A DNA stretch of 55,161 nt, from assembly GCA_024405715.1 (NCBI GenBank), contig JAKSOG010000001.1, positions 1 to 55,161 of the forward strand, in the 5' to 3' direction. Source of the stretch: Victivallaceae bacterium. GTDB lineage: Bacteria; Verrucomicrobiota; Lentisphaeria; Victivallales; Victivallaceae. The notes under the pieces are model-generated. The model had not been told where the DNA came from, did no database searches, and saw only the letters and a list, made by a program, of their open reading frames with translations. The stretch's first letter is position 1, and each line of letters begins with the position of its first letter. The position numbers and the translations under genes are program-made. Of this stretch, positions 25,129-33,985 are shown piece by piece.

Positions 25129-26370
25129 ATGAAAATCATCACGCCACGGAAAACGATCAACGGCTCCGTCGATGCGCCGCGTTCCAAATCGGCGGCGCAC
25201 CGCATCCTCATCGCGGCGGCGCTCGCCGATACGCCGACGACCGTCGATCTCGGAAACGATTTCGGCGAGGACGTCGCGGCGACGCTTGATTGTCTGCCCG
25301 GCGTCGGGGCGGAAATTTTCCGCGACGGCGGATGCGTACGGGTGCATCCGGCGGGGATATGCCGGGGCGATTTTCCCTGCCGCGAAAGCGGTTCGACGCT
25401 CCGTTTCCTTTTGCCCGTCGCCGGAGCGAGGGGAGCGCAAGGCGTATTTTCCGGCGCGGGACGCCTGCCGGAACGGCCGCTCGGCGCCTTGCTCGACGCA
25501 TTGCAAACCTGCGGCGTCGCCGCTTCGGCGCCGCGGCTTCCGTTGCAACTGCAAGGAACTTTCCGCCCGCCCGAAGAAGTGGTCTTGCCCGGAAACGTCA
25601 GCAGTCAATATGTGACGGGATTTCTTTTCGCGCTGGCGGCGGCGGGCGGCGGGCGCATCCGGTTGCGTTCGGCTCTGCAAAGCGCCGGTTACGTCGCACT
25701 GACCATCGGCGTTCTGAAAAAATTCGGTGTCGCCGTCGAAACGTCCGCGGATGGATTCCGCGTGTCGGGGAAATTCCGTTCGCCGGGCTTTTGTCGCGTC
25801 GAAGGCGACTGGTCCAACGGCGCGGCGTATCTCGCGCTCGGCGCGCTCGCGGGAAAAGTTTCCGTGCGCGGACTCGACCCGCATTCCCCGCAGGGGGACA
25901 AACGGATCGTCGAACTGCTCCGCCGCTTCGGCGCGAAGGTCGCTCCCGACGGCGACGTCGTCACGGCGGAAACGGCTGATCTGCACGGCGCGGGCGAAAT
26001 CGACATCGATCCTTCGATCGATCTTGCCCCCGTACTCGCGGCGGTCGCCGCCAAGGCGCAAGGCAGGACGATCCTCGGCAACGCGGGAAGATTGCGCCTC
26101 AAAGAAAGCGACCGGCTGGCGAGCATCGGCACGATGCTGACGGAACTGGGCGCCGATGCCCGTACCGACGGCGACGCGCTCGTCATCGACGGCAAAGGAT
26201 TCATCCCCGGCGGCGGCACGGTTTCCGGCGCGGGGGATCACCGCATCGTCATGGCGGCGGCGCTCGCCGGGTGCGCCGCGAAAAAAAGCGTTTCGATCGA
26301 GGGGGAAGGAGCCGTCGCCAAATCGGCGCCGGATTTTTTCCGTCAACTGGCGGTTTTATCGGGAGAATAA
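25129..26370 (+). CDS. aroA: 3-phosphoshikimate 1-carboxyvinyltransferase (EPSP synthase)
   Basis: 413 aa with SKSAAHRILIAAALAD, LKESDRLA and the GDHRIVMAAALAG motifs. Confidence 0.92.
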   Translation: MKIITPRKTINGSVDAPRSKSAAHRILIAAALADTPTTVDLGNDFGEDVAATLDCLPGVGAEIFRDGGCVRVHPAGICRGDFPCRESGSTLRFLLPVAGARGAQGVFSGAGRLPERPLGALLDALQTCGVAASAPRLPLQLQGTFRPPEEVVLPGNVSSQYVTGFLFALAAAGGGRIRLRSALQSAGYVALTIGVLKKFGVAVETSADGFRVSGKFRSPGFCRVEGDWSNGAAYLALGALAGKVSVRGLDPHSPQGDKRIVELLRRFGAKVAPDGDVVTAETADLHGAGEIDIDPSIDLAPVLAAVAAKAQGRTILGNAGRLRLKESDRLASIGTMLTELGADARTDGDALVIDGKGFIPGGGTVSGAGDHRIVMAAALAGCAAKKSVSIEGEGAVAKSAPDFFRQLAVLSGE

Positions 26371-26374
26371 AAGT

Positions 26375-27466
26375 ATGGCGTCCACATTCGGCAAAGCATT
26401 GAAATTTTCGATTTTCGGGGAATCCCACGGTCGCGCGATCGGCGGCGTCGCCGACGGTTTCCCGCCGGGGGAAAAAATCGACGAGACCGAACTCGCGCGT
26501 TTTCTCGCGCGCCGGAAACCGGGACAAAAAGGCACGACGCCCCGCCGCGAAAGCGACCGCATCGAGATCCTTTCCGGAGTATATCGCGGAAAAACGACCG
26601 GGGCACCGTTGGCTCTCCTGATCGAAAACCGCAATACCCGGAGTGCCGATTACGAAGCATTGCAGGACGTGCCGCGCCCCGGACACGCCGATCTCGCGGC
26701 GCTGTTGCGCTACGGGGAAAGCGCCGACCGCCGCGGCGGCGGACATTTTTCCGGCAGATTGACGGCTCCGCTCACCGCATTCGGCGGGATCGCGAAACAA
26801 ATCCTCGAACGCCGTTCCGTTTTCATCGGCGCGCATCTGGCGGCGGCGGGCACGATTTCCGACGCGCCCTTCGACGCCGTTTCGCCGACGCGCGAAGCGT
26901 TGCTCGCGCCCGGAGAAAAGAGTTTTCCCGTCCATGATGACGCGGCGGGGACGGCGATGCAGAAAGCGATCTTCTCCGCCGCGAAAGCGGGCGATTCGCT
27001 CGGCGGGATCGTCGAATGTTGCGCGCTCGGATTCCCCGAAGGCATCGGAACTCCGATGTTCGACCGGATCGAATGCCGTCTGGCGCAACTCCTTTTCGGG
27101 ATCCCCGCCGTGCGCGGAGTCGAATTCGGCAACGGCTTCGGCGCGGCGGCGCTTTCGGGTTCCGAAAACAACGATCCTTTCGTCCGGAAAGGGAAAAAAA
27201 TCGTCACGGCAAGCAACCGCCACGGCGGCGCGCTCGGCGGCATTTCCAGCGGGATGCCGATCCTTTTCCGGGTCGCTTTCAAGCCGACGCCGTCGATCGC
27301 GGCGGAGCAGAAAAGCGTCGATCTGCGCACCGGAAAAACGGCAAAACTTTGTGTCGCCGGACGCCACGATCCCTGCGTCGCCGTCCGCGCCGTGCCGGTC
27401 GTCGAAGCGGCGGCGGCGTTGGTGTTGCTGGATTTGTTGCTTTCGGAAAAAAAAGTCGTTTTTTGA
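26375..27466 (+). CDS. aroC: Chorismate synthase
   Basis: The start was moved to MASTFGKALKFSIFGESHGRAIGGV. GHADL...RSSARET-like and GGISSGMPI motifs are present. Confidence 0.9.
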   Translation: MASTFGKALKFSIFGESHGRAIGGVADGFPPGEKIDETELARFLARRKPGQKGTTPRRESDRIEILSGVYRGKTTGAPLALLIENRNTRSADYEALQDVPRPGHADLAALLRYGESADRRGGGHFSGRLTAPLTAFGGIAKQILERRSVFIGAHLAAAGTISDAPFDAVSPTREALLAPGEKSFPVHDDAAGTAMQKAIFSAAKAGDSLGGIVECCALGFPEGIGTPMFDRIECRLAQLLFGIPAVRGVEFGNGFGAAALSGSENNDPFVRKGKKIVTASNRHGGALGGISSGMPILFRVAFKPTPSIAAEQKSVDLRTGKTAKLCVAGRHDPCVAVRAVPVVEAAAALVLLDLLLSEKKVVF

Positions 27467-27473
27467 GGTGTTT

Positions 27474-27968
27474 ATGCGCGAAAACGTCATTTTGATCGGA
27501 ATGCCCGGTTGCGGCAAGAGCCGTCTGGGCAGACTCGTCGCGAAAAAACTCGGTTTCGATTTCGTCGATCTCGACGAGAAAATCGAAAGCGCCGCCAAGA
27601 TGCCGATCCCGGAAATTTTCCGGCGTTTCGGCGAAGCGGGATTCCGCCGGCTTGAACGCGAAGCGGTACTCTCGCTTGAAAGCCGCACGCGCACGGTCGT
27701 CGGCACGGGCGGAGGAGTCATTCTCGATCCGGAAAACGTCGTGCTGTTGCGGCGCATCGGGTTCGTCTGCCACGTCGAACGGCCGCTTGACGAACTTGCC
27801 GTCGGCGGCAAACGGCCGCTGTCGACTTCCCGCGAAGCGCTTCAGCGCCTTTACGAAGAGCGGCGCGACCTCTACAAACACGCGGCGGACGCGACGATCG
27901 CCAATTCTTCCGCATTGTCTCCGGCAGAAGTCGCCGACAGGATCATCGGAGCGTTTTATGAAAATTAA
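27474..27968 (+). CDS. aroK: Shikimate kinase
   Basis: MRENVILIGMPGCGKSRLGRLVAKKLGFDFVDLD (P-loop), 164 aa. Confidence 0.88.
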   Translation: MRENVILIGMPGCGKSRLGRLVAKKLGFDFVDLDEKIESAAKMPIPEIFRRFGEAGFRRLEREAVLSLESRTRTVVGTGGGVILDPENVVLLRRIGFVCHVERPLDELAVGGKRPLSTSREALQRLYEERRDLYKHAADATIANSSALSPAEVADRIIGAFYEN

Positions 27969-28419
27969 AGTCGTCAACGGTCCGAATCTCAATCTGCTCG
28001 GCGTCCGCGAGCCGGAAATCTACGGAAAAAAAAGTTACGCCGATCTGGAAAAGACGATCCGCGATTACGCCGCGGCGCACGGTGCGGAAGTGGAAATTTT
28101 TCAATCCAACGGCGAAGGCGAGATCGTCGACGCGATCCAGCAATGTCTGGGCCGTTTCGACGGCATCGTCATCAATCCCGCCGCTTATACGCATACGAGC
28201 GTGGCGATCCTGGACGCCTTGCGCGCGGTCGCGCTTCCGGCGGTCGAAGTACATCTTTCGGACGTGGACGCGCGGGAAAATTTCCGTCGCGTTTCTTATG
28301 CGGGGATGGCGTGCGAAGCGCGTTTCACGGGACAGGGATTCGACGGCTATCTGCGGGCGATCGACTGGCTGCTGGCGAAAACAACGGGAGGGAAACTCAC
28401 TCCGTCGTGCGGACGGTAA
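27958..28419 (+). CDS. aroQ: 3-dehydroquinate dehydratase, type II
   Basis: MKIKVVNGPNLNLLGVREPEIYG...NPAAYTHTSVAILDA...EVHLSD. It overlaps aroK by 11 nt. Confidence 0.9.
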   Translation: MKIKVVNGPNLNLLGVREPEIYGKKSYADLEKTIRDYAAAHGAEVEIFQSNGEGEIVDAIQQCLGRFDGIVINPAAYTHTSVAILDALRAVALPAVEVHLSDVDARENFRRVSYAGMACEARFTGQGFDGYLRAIDWLLAKTTGGKLTPSCGR

Positions 28420-28774
28420 GCGAAAACGTCCGTTCCGGCGGAACTTTTTCCCAGACGCGGCGGTAAACGAATTTCAATTCGCTTTGCCCGGAAAAATCGG
28501 CGCGGACAAGAAACGTTTCCGTACCAGCGGCGCCGCAAAGGCCGCGCCGTTCTTCGGGGATGCGGAAGTCGCGGCGCTCGATCTTGCACTGCGTCGGGAG
28601 AACTTCCCAGCCGAACCCGGTCGAGGGATTGGAAACGAGTTCGACTTCAAACCGGGCGCCTTTTTGCACGGCGACGGTTTTTCCGGCGTCGTTTTCCGTA
28701 AAACGGGGAACCGCCGGAGCCGTGGCGCAACCGGCGAGAAACAAGCAAAATCCGAGCGAAAAAATTTTGTTCAT
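28397..28774 (-). CDS. Chagasin-family (I42) cysteine-peptidase inhibitor lipoprotein
   Basis: 125 aa with the lipobox LFLAGC. LVSNPSTGFGWEV matches the chagasin/ICP NPTTG(Y/F).W loop. The predicted fold is an Ig-like beta protein. Confidence 0.7.
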   Translation of the reverse strand: MNKIFSLGFCLFLAGCATAPAVPRFTENDAGKTVAVQKGARFEVELVSNPSTGFGWEVLPTQCKIERRDFRIPEERRGLCGAAGTETFLVRADFSGQSELKFVYRRVWEKVPPERTFSLTVRTTE

Positions 28775-28854
28775 TGCATCACCTCCTGAAAAATATAATC
28801 GTCCGCGGAAGATCTTGCAAGCCGGAAAAAGTCCGGAAAAAGCAAAAATCGGGT

Positions 28855-28883
28855 TTGCTTTTTGGCTGAAGCGGCATTATATT
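28855..28883 (+). promoter_or_regulatory. Sigma70-type promoter for tRNA-Glu/tRNA-Val (TTGCTT-17-TATATT)
   Basis: Hexamers at 28855-28860 and 28878-28883 with a 17-nt spacer. The tRNA-Glu 5' end is at 28903. Confidence 0.6.
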
Positions 28884-28902
28884 ATATCTCACTTTCCGGC
28901 AA

Positions 28903-28978
28903 GTCTCCGTCGTCTAGAGGCCTAGGACATCGGGTTTTCATCCCGGCAACACGGGTTCGACTCCCGTCGGAGATGCCA
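28903..28978 (+). tRNA. tRNA-Glu (anticodon UUC)
   Basis: GTCTCCGTCGTCTAGAGGCCTAGGACATCGGGTTTTCATCCCGGCAACACGGGTTCGACTCCCGTCGGAGATGCCA. The layout is very close to the E. coli tRNA-Glu layout. The anticodon loop is TT-TTC-AT, and CCA is encoded. Confidence 0.92.
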
Positions 28979-28982
28979 TTTT

Positions 28983-29059
28983 GGGCGTATAGCTCAGTTG
29001 GTTAGAGCGCCGCTTTCACACGGCGGAGGTCACAGATTCGAGTTCTGTTACGCCCACCA
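28983..29059 (+). tRNA. tRNA-Val (anticodon CAC)
   Basis: Acceptor stem GGGCGTA/TACGCCC and D arm GCTC-AGTTGGTTA-GAGC. Anticodon stem CCGCT/GGCGG with loop TT-CAC-AC. T arm ACAGA-TTCGAGT-TCTGT, and CCA is encoded. Confidence 0.9.
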
Positions 29060-29072
29060 TCTTTTGAGAGAT

Positions 29073-29096
29073 AAAAAACCGCGCCCGCGGTTTTTT
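29073..29096. terminator. Bidirectional Rho-independent terminator (A6-CCGCG cc CGCGG-T6)
   Basis: A GC stem flanked by an A6 run on one side and a T6 run on the other. It lies between the tRNA operon (+) and the 3' end of the minus-strand sugar operon. Confidence 0.6.
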
Positions 29097-29174
29097 CATC
29101 GTCCGGGAAGTTTCTCCGCAAAACGTGCGACCCCCCGCAATCGCCGTTCCGGGAAAACGCATTGCGCCCTTTTG

Positions 29175-29993
29175 TTATAACGGTAAATTCAAATTCCCTT
29201 CGACGAAAGCACAAACATCCTCGAATGCTTCCCTCTGACGTTCCCGTTGCAATGCGTAAAAAAATCCGTGTTCCATCAACGGATAAAGTTTCCATTGGGA
29301 CGGGATGCCCCATTCCCGATGCCGTTCGGCGATCACGCGGGTATGCTTCGGAAGGAAGAGGTGTTCCAATCCGGCTTCCAAAAAAAAGAGGCGTGGATTC
29401 TCCGGACGGATGTAATTGCGCAACGAGAGTTTTTCATAACGTTCCGGACATTGCTCGTAATCGGCGTTGGCGGCACTCCGGTACAATTTCCAGGTCTGGG
29501 GCATCATCCCGTCCCACGGCAGTAAATCCACGGGGGTGGCTTGCAACATCCCGCATACCGGTTTCACCCAGTCGTTGACCAATTTCGCCTTTTCGCCGCA
29601 TTCGCCGGGTTCGGCGCACAGCAACAGCGATGCCAAATGAGCCCCTGCGGAACCGCCGTATACGGCGATTTTCAACGGCCGGTTGCGTTGCTTCAAAAAA
29701 CTCGTCAACCGGTCATAGGATTCGCGGACGTCGGCCAATTGTTCCAATGCGCCCGGAGCGTCGAGCCGGTAATCGGTACTTGCGCTCATATAACCCCTTT
29801 TCGCCAATTCCGCCATAATGACGTGATGCGCCGTCCGCGAACCCGCCCGCCAGCCACCGCCGTGAATAAAAAAAATCACCGTATCCCGAAGCGGGGCTTC
29901 CGGCTCGAAAACATCCATAACCCGTCCGGGGACGATTTCCCGATCCAGATAAATGCTGGTAAAAACAAATCCTTCCAATTCTTTGCTGTTCAT
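29175..29993 (-). CDS. Alpha/beta-hydrolase fold esterase (HGGG / GxSxG type)
   Basis: 272 aa with the FFIHGGGWRAGS oxyanion motif and the nucleophile elbow YGGSAGAHL. Confidence 0.75.
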   Translation of the reverse strand: MNSKELEGFVFTSIYLDREIVPGRVMDVFEPEAPLRDTVIFFIHGGGWRAGSRTAHHVIMAELAKRGYMSASTDYRLDAPGALEQLADVRESYDRLTSFLKQRNRPLKIAVYGGSAGAHLASLLLCAEPGECGEKAKLVNDWVKPVCGMLQATPVDLLPWDGMMPQTWKLYRSAANADYEQCPERYEKLSLRNYIRPENPRLFFLEAGLEHLFLPKHTRVIAERHREWGIPSQWKLYPLMEHGFFYALQRERQREAFEDVCAFVEGNLNLPL

Positions 29994-30017
29994 ATGAAAT
30001 CCATCCTCTTTTTTGGG

Positions 30018-31025
30018 TCAACGCGACTTTGGGATACCCCCGGAACACTGGTCGGCAAAGTCCTGAATCTCCAACGTTTTGCGGGCGGAAAACAACAATG
30101 ACACGGTCTCCGGATCCACGGTTTTTCCCTCGACATCGTCCAAAAAACGGCTCAGATAATCCCCTTGATTTACGGCGTCCGGAACGAGAATTTCGCATTG
30201 TTTTGCCTGCGCGCGGTAAAGGCGCACTTCGTCTGCGCAGGAAAATTCCACCATCCCCCGCGTTCCCCAAATGTTGAAGCGCCAATACGTCGGCAAACCG
30301 AATCCGAAAGAATCCAACGCGGAATAGGAAACGTCGCCGATCACGCCGCATCCATTTTTCAGAGAAAACCCCATCTGCGCCGCGTCCGCGAGGGCCGTTT
30401 CCGCCGCAAGCGGCGTCTGCCAGGTACGCGCAAAAACGATGTCCCGGATCGGCGACGCGGTCAGCCACATAATCAAATCCACCGCGTGACCGGCAAGATC
30501 GTTGATCGTGCCGCCGTGTTTGCCCGGCTCGAAATACCATCCCGGACGATGCGCGCGATCCAACGGATGCTGACCGTTGAATTGGATTTGCGTGATCTCT
30601 CCGAGAGTTCCGGAAGAAATCAGCCGCTTGACCGCGAGGGCGCTTTTCAGATACCGCAATTCGTACATGCAGCCGATTTTCAGTTTCCGGTCGCGTGCCA
30701 CCGCTTCGATCTCATTGAGCTGGTGTAGCGTTGTGCAAAGCGGCTTGTCCGAAATGATATGTTTTCCCGCCCGCAATGCACGCAAAGCCGTTTCGCCCCG
30801 TTTCGCATAGAAATCTCCGATCGCGACGATGTCGCAATCCGTCGAAGCGAGCATTTCCGCAAAATCGCGGTGCGTGATTTTGACTTCCGGATGTCCCGAC
30901 AGCAAATCCCAATCGGGATCTTCTTCGCATACGGCAACGATTTCCAATCCGGCGGCGACGGCTTTTTTCAGCAACGAAAAAATATGCGCGTGACGCAATC
31001 CGGAAAATGCGATTTTCAATCCCAT
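30018..31025 (-). CDS. Gfo/Idh/MocA-family oxidoreductase
   Basis: 335 aa with an N-terminal Rossmann fold (LKIAFSGLRHAHI...), the DKPL motif (ISDKPLCTT), and the C-terminal alpha/beta domain. Confidence 0.75.
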   Translation of the reverse strand: MGLKIAFSGLRHAHIFSLLKKAVAAGLEIVAVCEEDPDWDLLSGHPEVKITHRDFAEMLASTDCDIVAIGDFYAKRGETALRALRAGKHIISDKPLCTTLHQLNEIEAVARDRKLKIGCMYELRYLKSALAVKRLISSGTLGEITQIQFNGQHPLDRAHRPGWYFEPGKHGGTINDLAGHAVDLIMWLTASPIRDIVFARTWQTPLAAETALADAAQMGFSLKNGCGVIGDVSYSALDSFGFGLPTYWRFNIWGTRGMVEFSCADEVRLYRAQAKQCEILVPDAVNQGDYLSRFLDDVEGKTVDPETVSLLFSARKTLEIQDFADQCSGGIPKSR

Positions 31026-31040
31026 GATCGAACCTCCTTT

Positions 31041-31949
31041 TTATTGCAGATTCAGCAATTTCAGCGCATTGGTACGCCCGACTTTCAGCAACTCGCTTTC
31101 GCTTAAAAAATCGAGCGAACGCAAATAACGCATACACATTTCCATCGTGGCGACCGATGCGACCAGACATTGCCGATCGGGATTATACAATCGTCCGCAA
31201 GATTCGAGGACCGCCCGGTTACCCCAGAGACGGTATTCTCCCGGTGCGTTGCCGCAAAGCGAACAGGCATCGCTGGTAACGATGATGCCGTCCGCGCCTT
31301 TCACCCGGAAAAACAATCGCACGAGTTCTCCCGGCAGATGATGCCCGTCGGCGATGATCATCGCCGTCATCCGGCTTTCGGCGAGACCGGCAAAAATCGG
31401 GTTTTCATGCCGCCCGATTTGATTTGGACAAGCGTTGCCGAGGTGGGTGAGCAACGGCGCTCCCGCATCGGCGGCGCGGCGGACTGCATCATAACCGGCG
31501 AGATGATGCCCGACGCTCGGGATGATCCCGAGTTTTTTCGCTTCCGCAATCGCTTCCGCCGAATGCGGTGCGTCGGCAGCAAGCGTCATCATGCGGATGA
31601 AACCTTCTCCGATATGATGGCAAAAATGCACGTTTTCCGGAGTACACTCCAAAATCAGGGAGGAATCATGCGCGCCGGGGGCTGTGATCATCGGTCCTTC
31701 GAGATGCACGCCGGGGATTTGTCTTTCCAGGCGGTGTTTTTCGACGGCGCGGCGGATCAGCGGCAGATTGCACCGATACAATGCCGCATCCCGGGTAACA
31801 AGTGTCGGTAGAAAAACTTCGGTCCCGGCGGCGAAAAGTTCGTCCGCCGCCCGCAGAAAATCCGATTCCGTCAGATCCGGCGCGGAAAAATCGACGCCGC
31901 AATGCCCGTTGACCTGCAGATCGACCCATCCGGACTTTTCGTTACACAT
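31041..31949 (-). CDS. NagA-like amidohydrolase (N-acetylglucosamine-6-phosphate deacetylase family) lacking the N-terminal beta-sandwich
   Basis: 302 aa. VDLQVNGHCGVDF matches the E. coli NagA block DVQLNGCGGVQF, and HLEGP and GHHLAG..THLGNA blocks are present. It starts about 50 residues later than canonical NagA. It overlaps the nagB stop by 8 nt. Confidence 0.65.
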   Translation of the reverse strand: MCNEKSGWVDLQVNGHCGVDFSAPDLTESDFLRAADELFAAGTEVFLPTLVTRDAALYRCNLPLIRRAVEKHRLERQIPGVHLEGPMITAPGAHDSSLILECTPENVHFCHHIGEGFIRMMTLAADAPHSAEAIAEAKKLGIIPSVGHHLAGYDAVRRAADAGAPLLTHLGNACPNQIGRHENPIFAGLAESRMTAMIIADGHHLPGELVRLFFRVKGADGIIVTSDACSLCGNAPGEYRLWGNRAVLESCGRLYNPDRQCLVASVATMEMCMRYLRSLDFLSESELLKVGRTNALKLLNLQ

Positions 31950-32694
31950 ATTCTCCTTTCAGGCGCGACGACGCCTTTTCGTCAAGAAAAACGAAATAGT
32001 TTTTGTGACGCTGCATAATGGATGCCGGAACGCGGTTGGTGACGGGACCTTCCAATGCCAGCGCGACGGCTTGCGCCTTGCGCAGATCGGGAACCGAATT
32101 GACGATCACGCGGGCGCGCATGATCTCGCGGCAACTCATCGTAATCGCCGTTTTCGGCACGGCATCCATCGACGGGAACCACCCTTCTCCGCATTGCTGT
32201 TTGCGGCATGCTCCGTCGAGGGAGGCGACAAGATACGCTTTGTCCGTTTCGAAATCGGCGGGGGGATCGTTGAACGCGACGTGTCCGTTTTCACCGATCC
32301 CGACAAATGCAACGTCGATCACGCACTGTTTGATGATCCGGTCGAGTTCTTCAATAACACGGCAAACGTCCGTCGCATCGCCTTCGATGGGATGGAATTT
32401 CCGGACCGGAACGGGCAGACGGTCAAGCATCGTTTTGTGCAGATTCATCCGGAACGACGCGGGATGATCCGCCGGCAGACCGACGTATTCATCAAGATGA
32501 AAGGCGTTGACTTTTCCCCAGTCGATGCCGGGCTCGGAAACCAGTGCGTCATAAGTCCGGTTCTGACTCGGCGCACAGGCGAGCACGATGTTGGCTTCGC
32601 CACGGTCGCGGATCGCCTCGCGAATGTATTGCGCGCCGACGGCGGCGGCTTTTTTGCCCAGCGATTCCGGATCGCGACTGATCGAAACTTTCAT
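31942..32694 (-). CDS. nagB: Glucosamine-6-phosphate deaminase/isomerase family protein
   Basis: The start was moved to MKVSISRDPESLG. NIVLACAPSQ..., FHLDEYVG and GIGENGHVAFNDP are NagB/6-phosphogluconolactonase-family motifs. Confidence 0.8.
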   Translation of the reverse strand: MKVSISRDPESLGKKAAAVGAQYIREAIRDRGEANIVLACAPSQNRTYDALVSEPGIDWGKVNAFHLDEYVGLPADHPASFRMNLHKTMLDRLPVPVRKFHPIEGDATDVCRVIEELDRIIKQCVIDVAFVGIGENGHVAFNDPPADFETDKAYLVASLDGACRKQQCGEGWFPSMDAVPKTAITMSCREIMRARVIVNSVPDLRKAQAVALALEGPVTNRVPASIMQRHKNYFVFLDEKASSRLKGEYV

Positions 32695-32707
32695 AACATA
32701 CTCCTTT

Positions 32708-33985
32708 TCAATAGGAAAATCCGTTTCCGGAAAGCGTCGAAAGATCAACGACGCCTCCGCGTCTTTCGTAAAGTCCGGGATGGCGTTTTTCCAATTCGCG
32801 CGACGCTTCCGGATAAAATTGCGGCGCGTTGCATTCCACGCCTTTGATCGTGCCGACGTGCGCCGCCAGCAAAACGTGCGGAATGGTCGCCAACATCGGA
32901 TTGGTCAAATCCTGCACCATCAATTGCATTCCGTTTTCTTTCGCCCAGCAACCGGAAAGCAACGCCCCCGTCATCGTTTTGCAGACTTTGAGCGCAACGC
33001 CCGTCCACCCCAGCGAACGCCCGAGTCTGACGAATTTCCAGTCGTGGGCGCTTTCATCCATAAAAAGCGGTTTCCGCGCGGCGCAACTGTGCACGTCGAT
33101 GCGGTTGTTGTGCAGATCATAGGGGAAAGGTTGTTCCACATAAAGGATCCGGGCAAAAATTTCCGGTTCCTCTTTTTCAAGCCGGTCGAGGACGGCGTTC
33201 ACATAAGCCGGAGTACGCACACGGCAGTTGAAGTCGGGTGACAGCGCATCGCACCGGTAACGCAGGGCGATTTTTCCCACGTCGGTCAGGCGGCGGTAAT
33301 CCCATTCGGCGTCGTCGCCGCGCAACTTGATCTTCAGACATTTCAAGCCGTCGCGCTCAATCCACTTTTCCAACGAAACGGGATAACCGTCGTCGGGCTC
33401 ATCGCCACATCTTTGCGATTCGAGCAGAAGATCGCGCCCTCCTACGAGATGCCACACCGGCAACACGTCGGGGCGGGGGATCACAAAATAGTCCCGCGGA
33501 TATTTTCCGGCGAAAGCGGGATCGCCGAAAAAACGGGCGAGATCGCATTTCATCCAGTTGCGGTCATAGGTATCGAATGACGGTTTCCCGACCGCTTTTC
33601 CGAATGCATCGTGCAGCGCGACATCAAAAGCGGAAACGCAGATCAGCGCAGCGAGATACGGCATTTTGCATTCGCCGCTGTTGAAATTTTCAAGCAGAAG
33701 CGGAAGTTTCCGCGTTAAAAACGCATATCCTGCGGACAGAGGATCTTCGCCCGTCACGACGTATTCCTTTTCGAGCAGACGGCAGAAATCCGCCATTTTT
33801 TTTTCACGAAAGGAAAAATCGATGTCCGCCGGCCAAGCCCAGAGAACGGAAAGCGGCGTTTCGCCGATCCCCGTCGCTCCGAATGCTTCAACTTCGGCGT
33901 GCGCGAGCAAAATGGAACGGATCGTGCCGCTTCCGAATTTCAGCGGCAACCGCATCGGGACGGAAATAAAGCGAAGCGAATTCAT
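32708..33985 (-). CDS. Enolase-superfamily enzyme, mandelate-racemase subgroup (acid-sugar dehydratase-like)
   Basis: 425 aa with the KxK motif (LKIKLRG). The metal ligands lie in SPDFN, YVEQPFP and FMDESAHD. Confidence 0.65.
   Translation of the reverse strand: MNSLRFISVPMRLPLKFGSGTIRSILLAHAEVEAFGATGIGETPLSVLWAWPADIDFSFREKKMADFCRLLEKEYVVTGEDPLSAGYAFLTRKLPLLLENFNSGECKMPYLAALICVSAFDVALHDAFGKAVGKPSFDTYDRNWMKCDLARFFGDPAFAGKYPRDYFVIPRPDVLPVWHLVGGRDLLLESQRCGDEPDDGYPVSLEKWIERDGLKCLKIKLRGDDAEWDYRRLTDVGKIALRYRCDALSPDFNCRVRTPAYVNAVLDRLEKEEPEIFARILYVEQPFPYDLHNNRIDVHSCAARKPLFMDESAHDWKFVRLGRSLGWTGVALKVCKTMTGALLSGCWAKENGMQLMVQDLTNPMLATIPHVLLAAHVGTIKGVECNAPQFYPEASRELEKRHPGLYERRGGVVDLSTLSGNGFSY

Noticed and set aside
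23755-26346. 863-aa minus-strand ORF
   Set aside because: It is entirely antisense to tyrA, aroB and aroA, all of which have unambiguous family motifs. Its composition is Arg-rich.
29130-29170. Inverted repeat cgcaat...attgcg downstream of the esterase gene as a terminator
   Set aside because: The loop is long, there is no U-tract on either strand, and the nearby A6/T6-flanked GC hairpin at 29073-29096 is a much better terminator.
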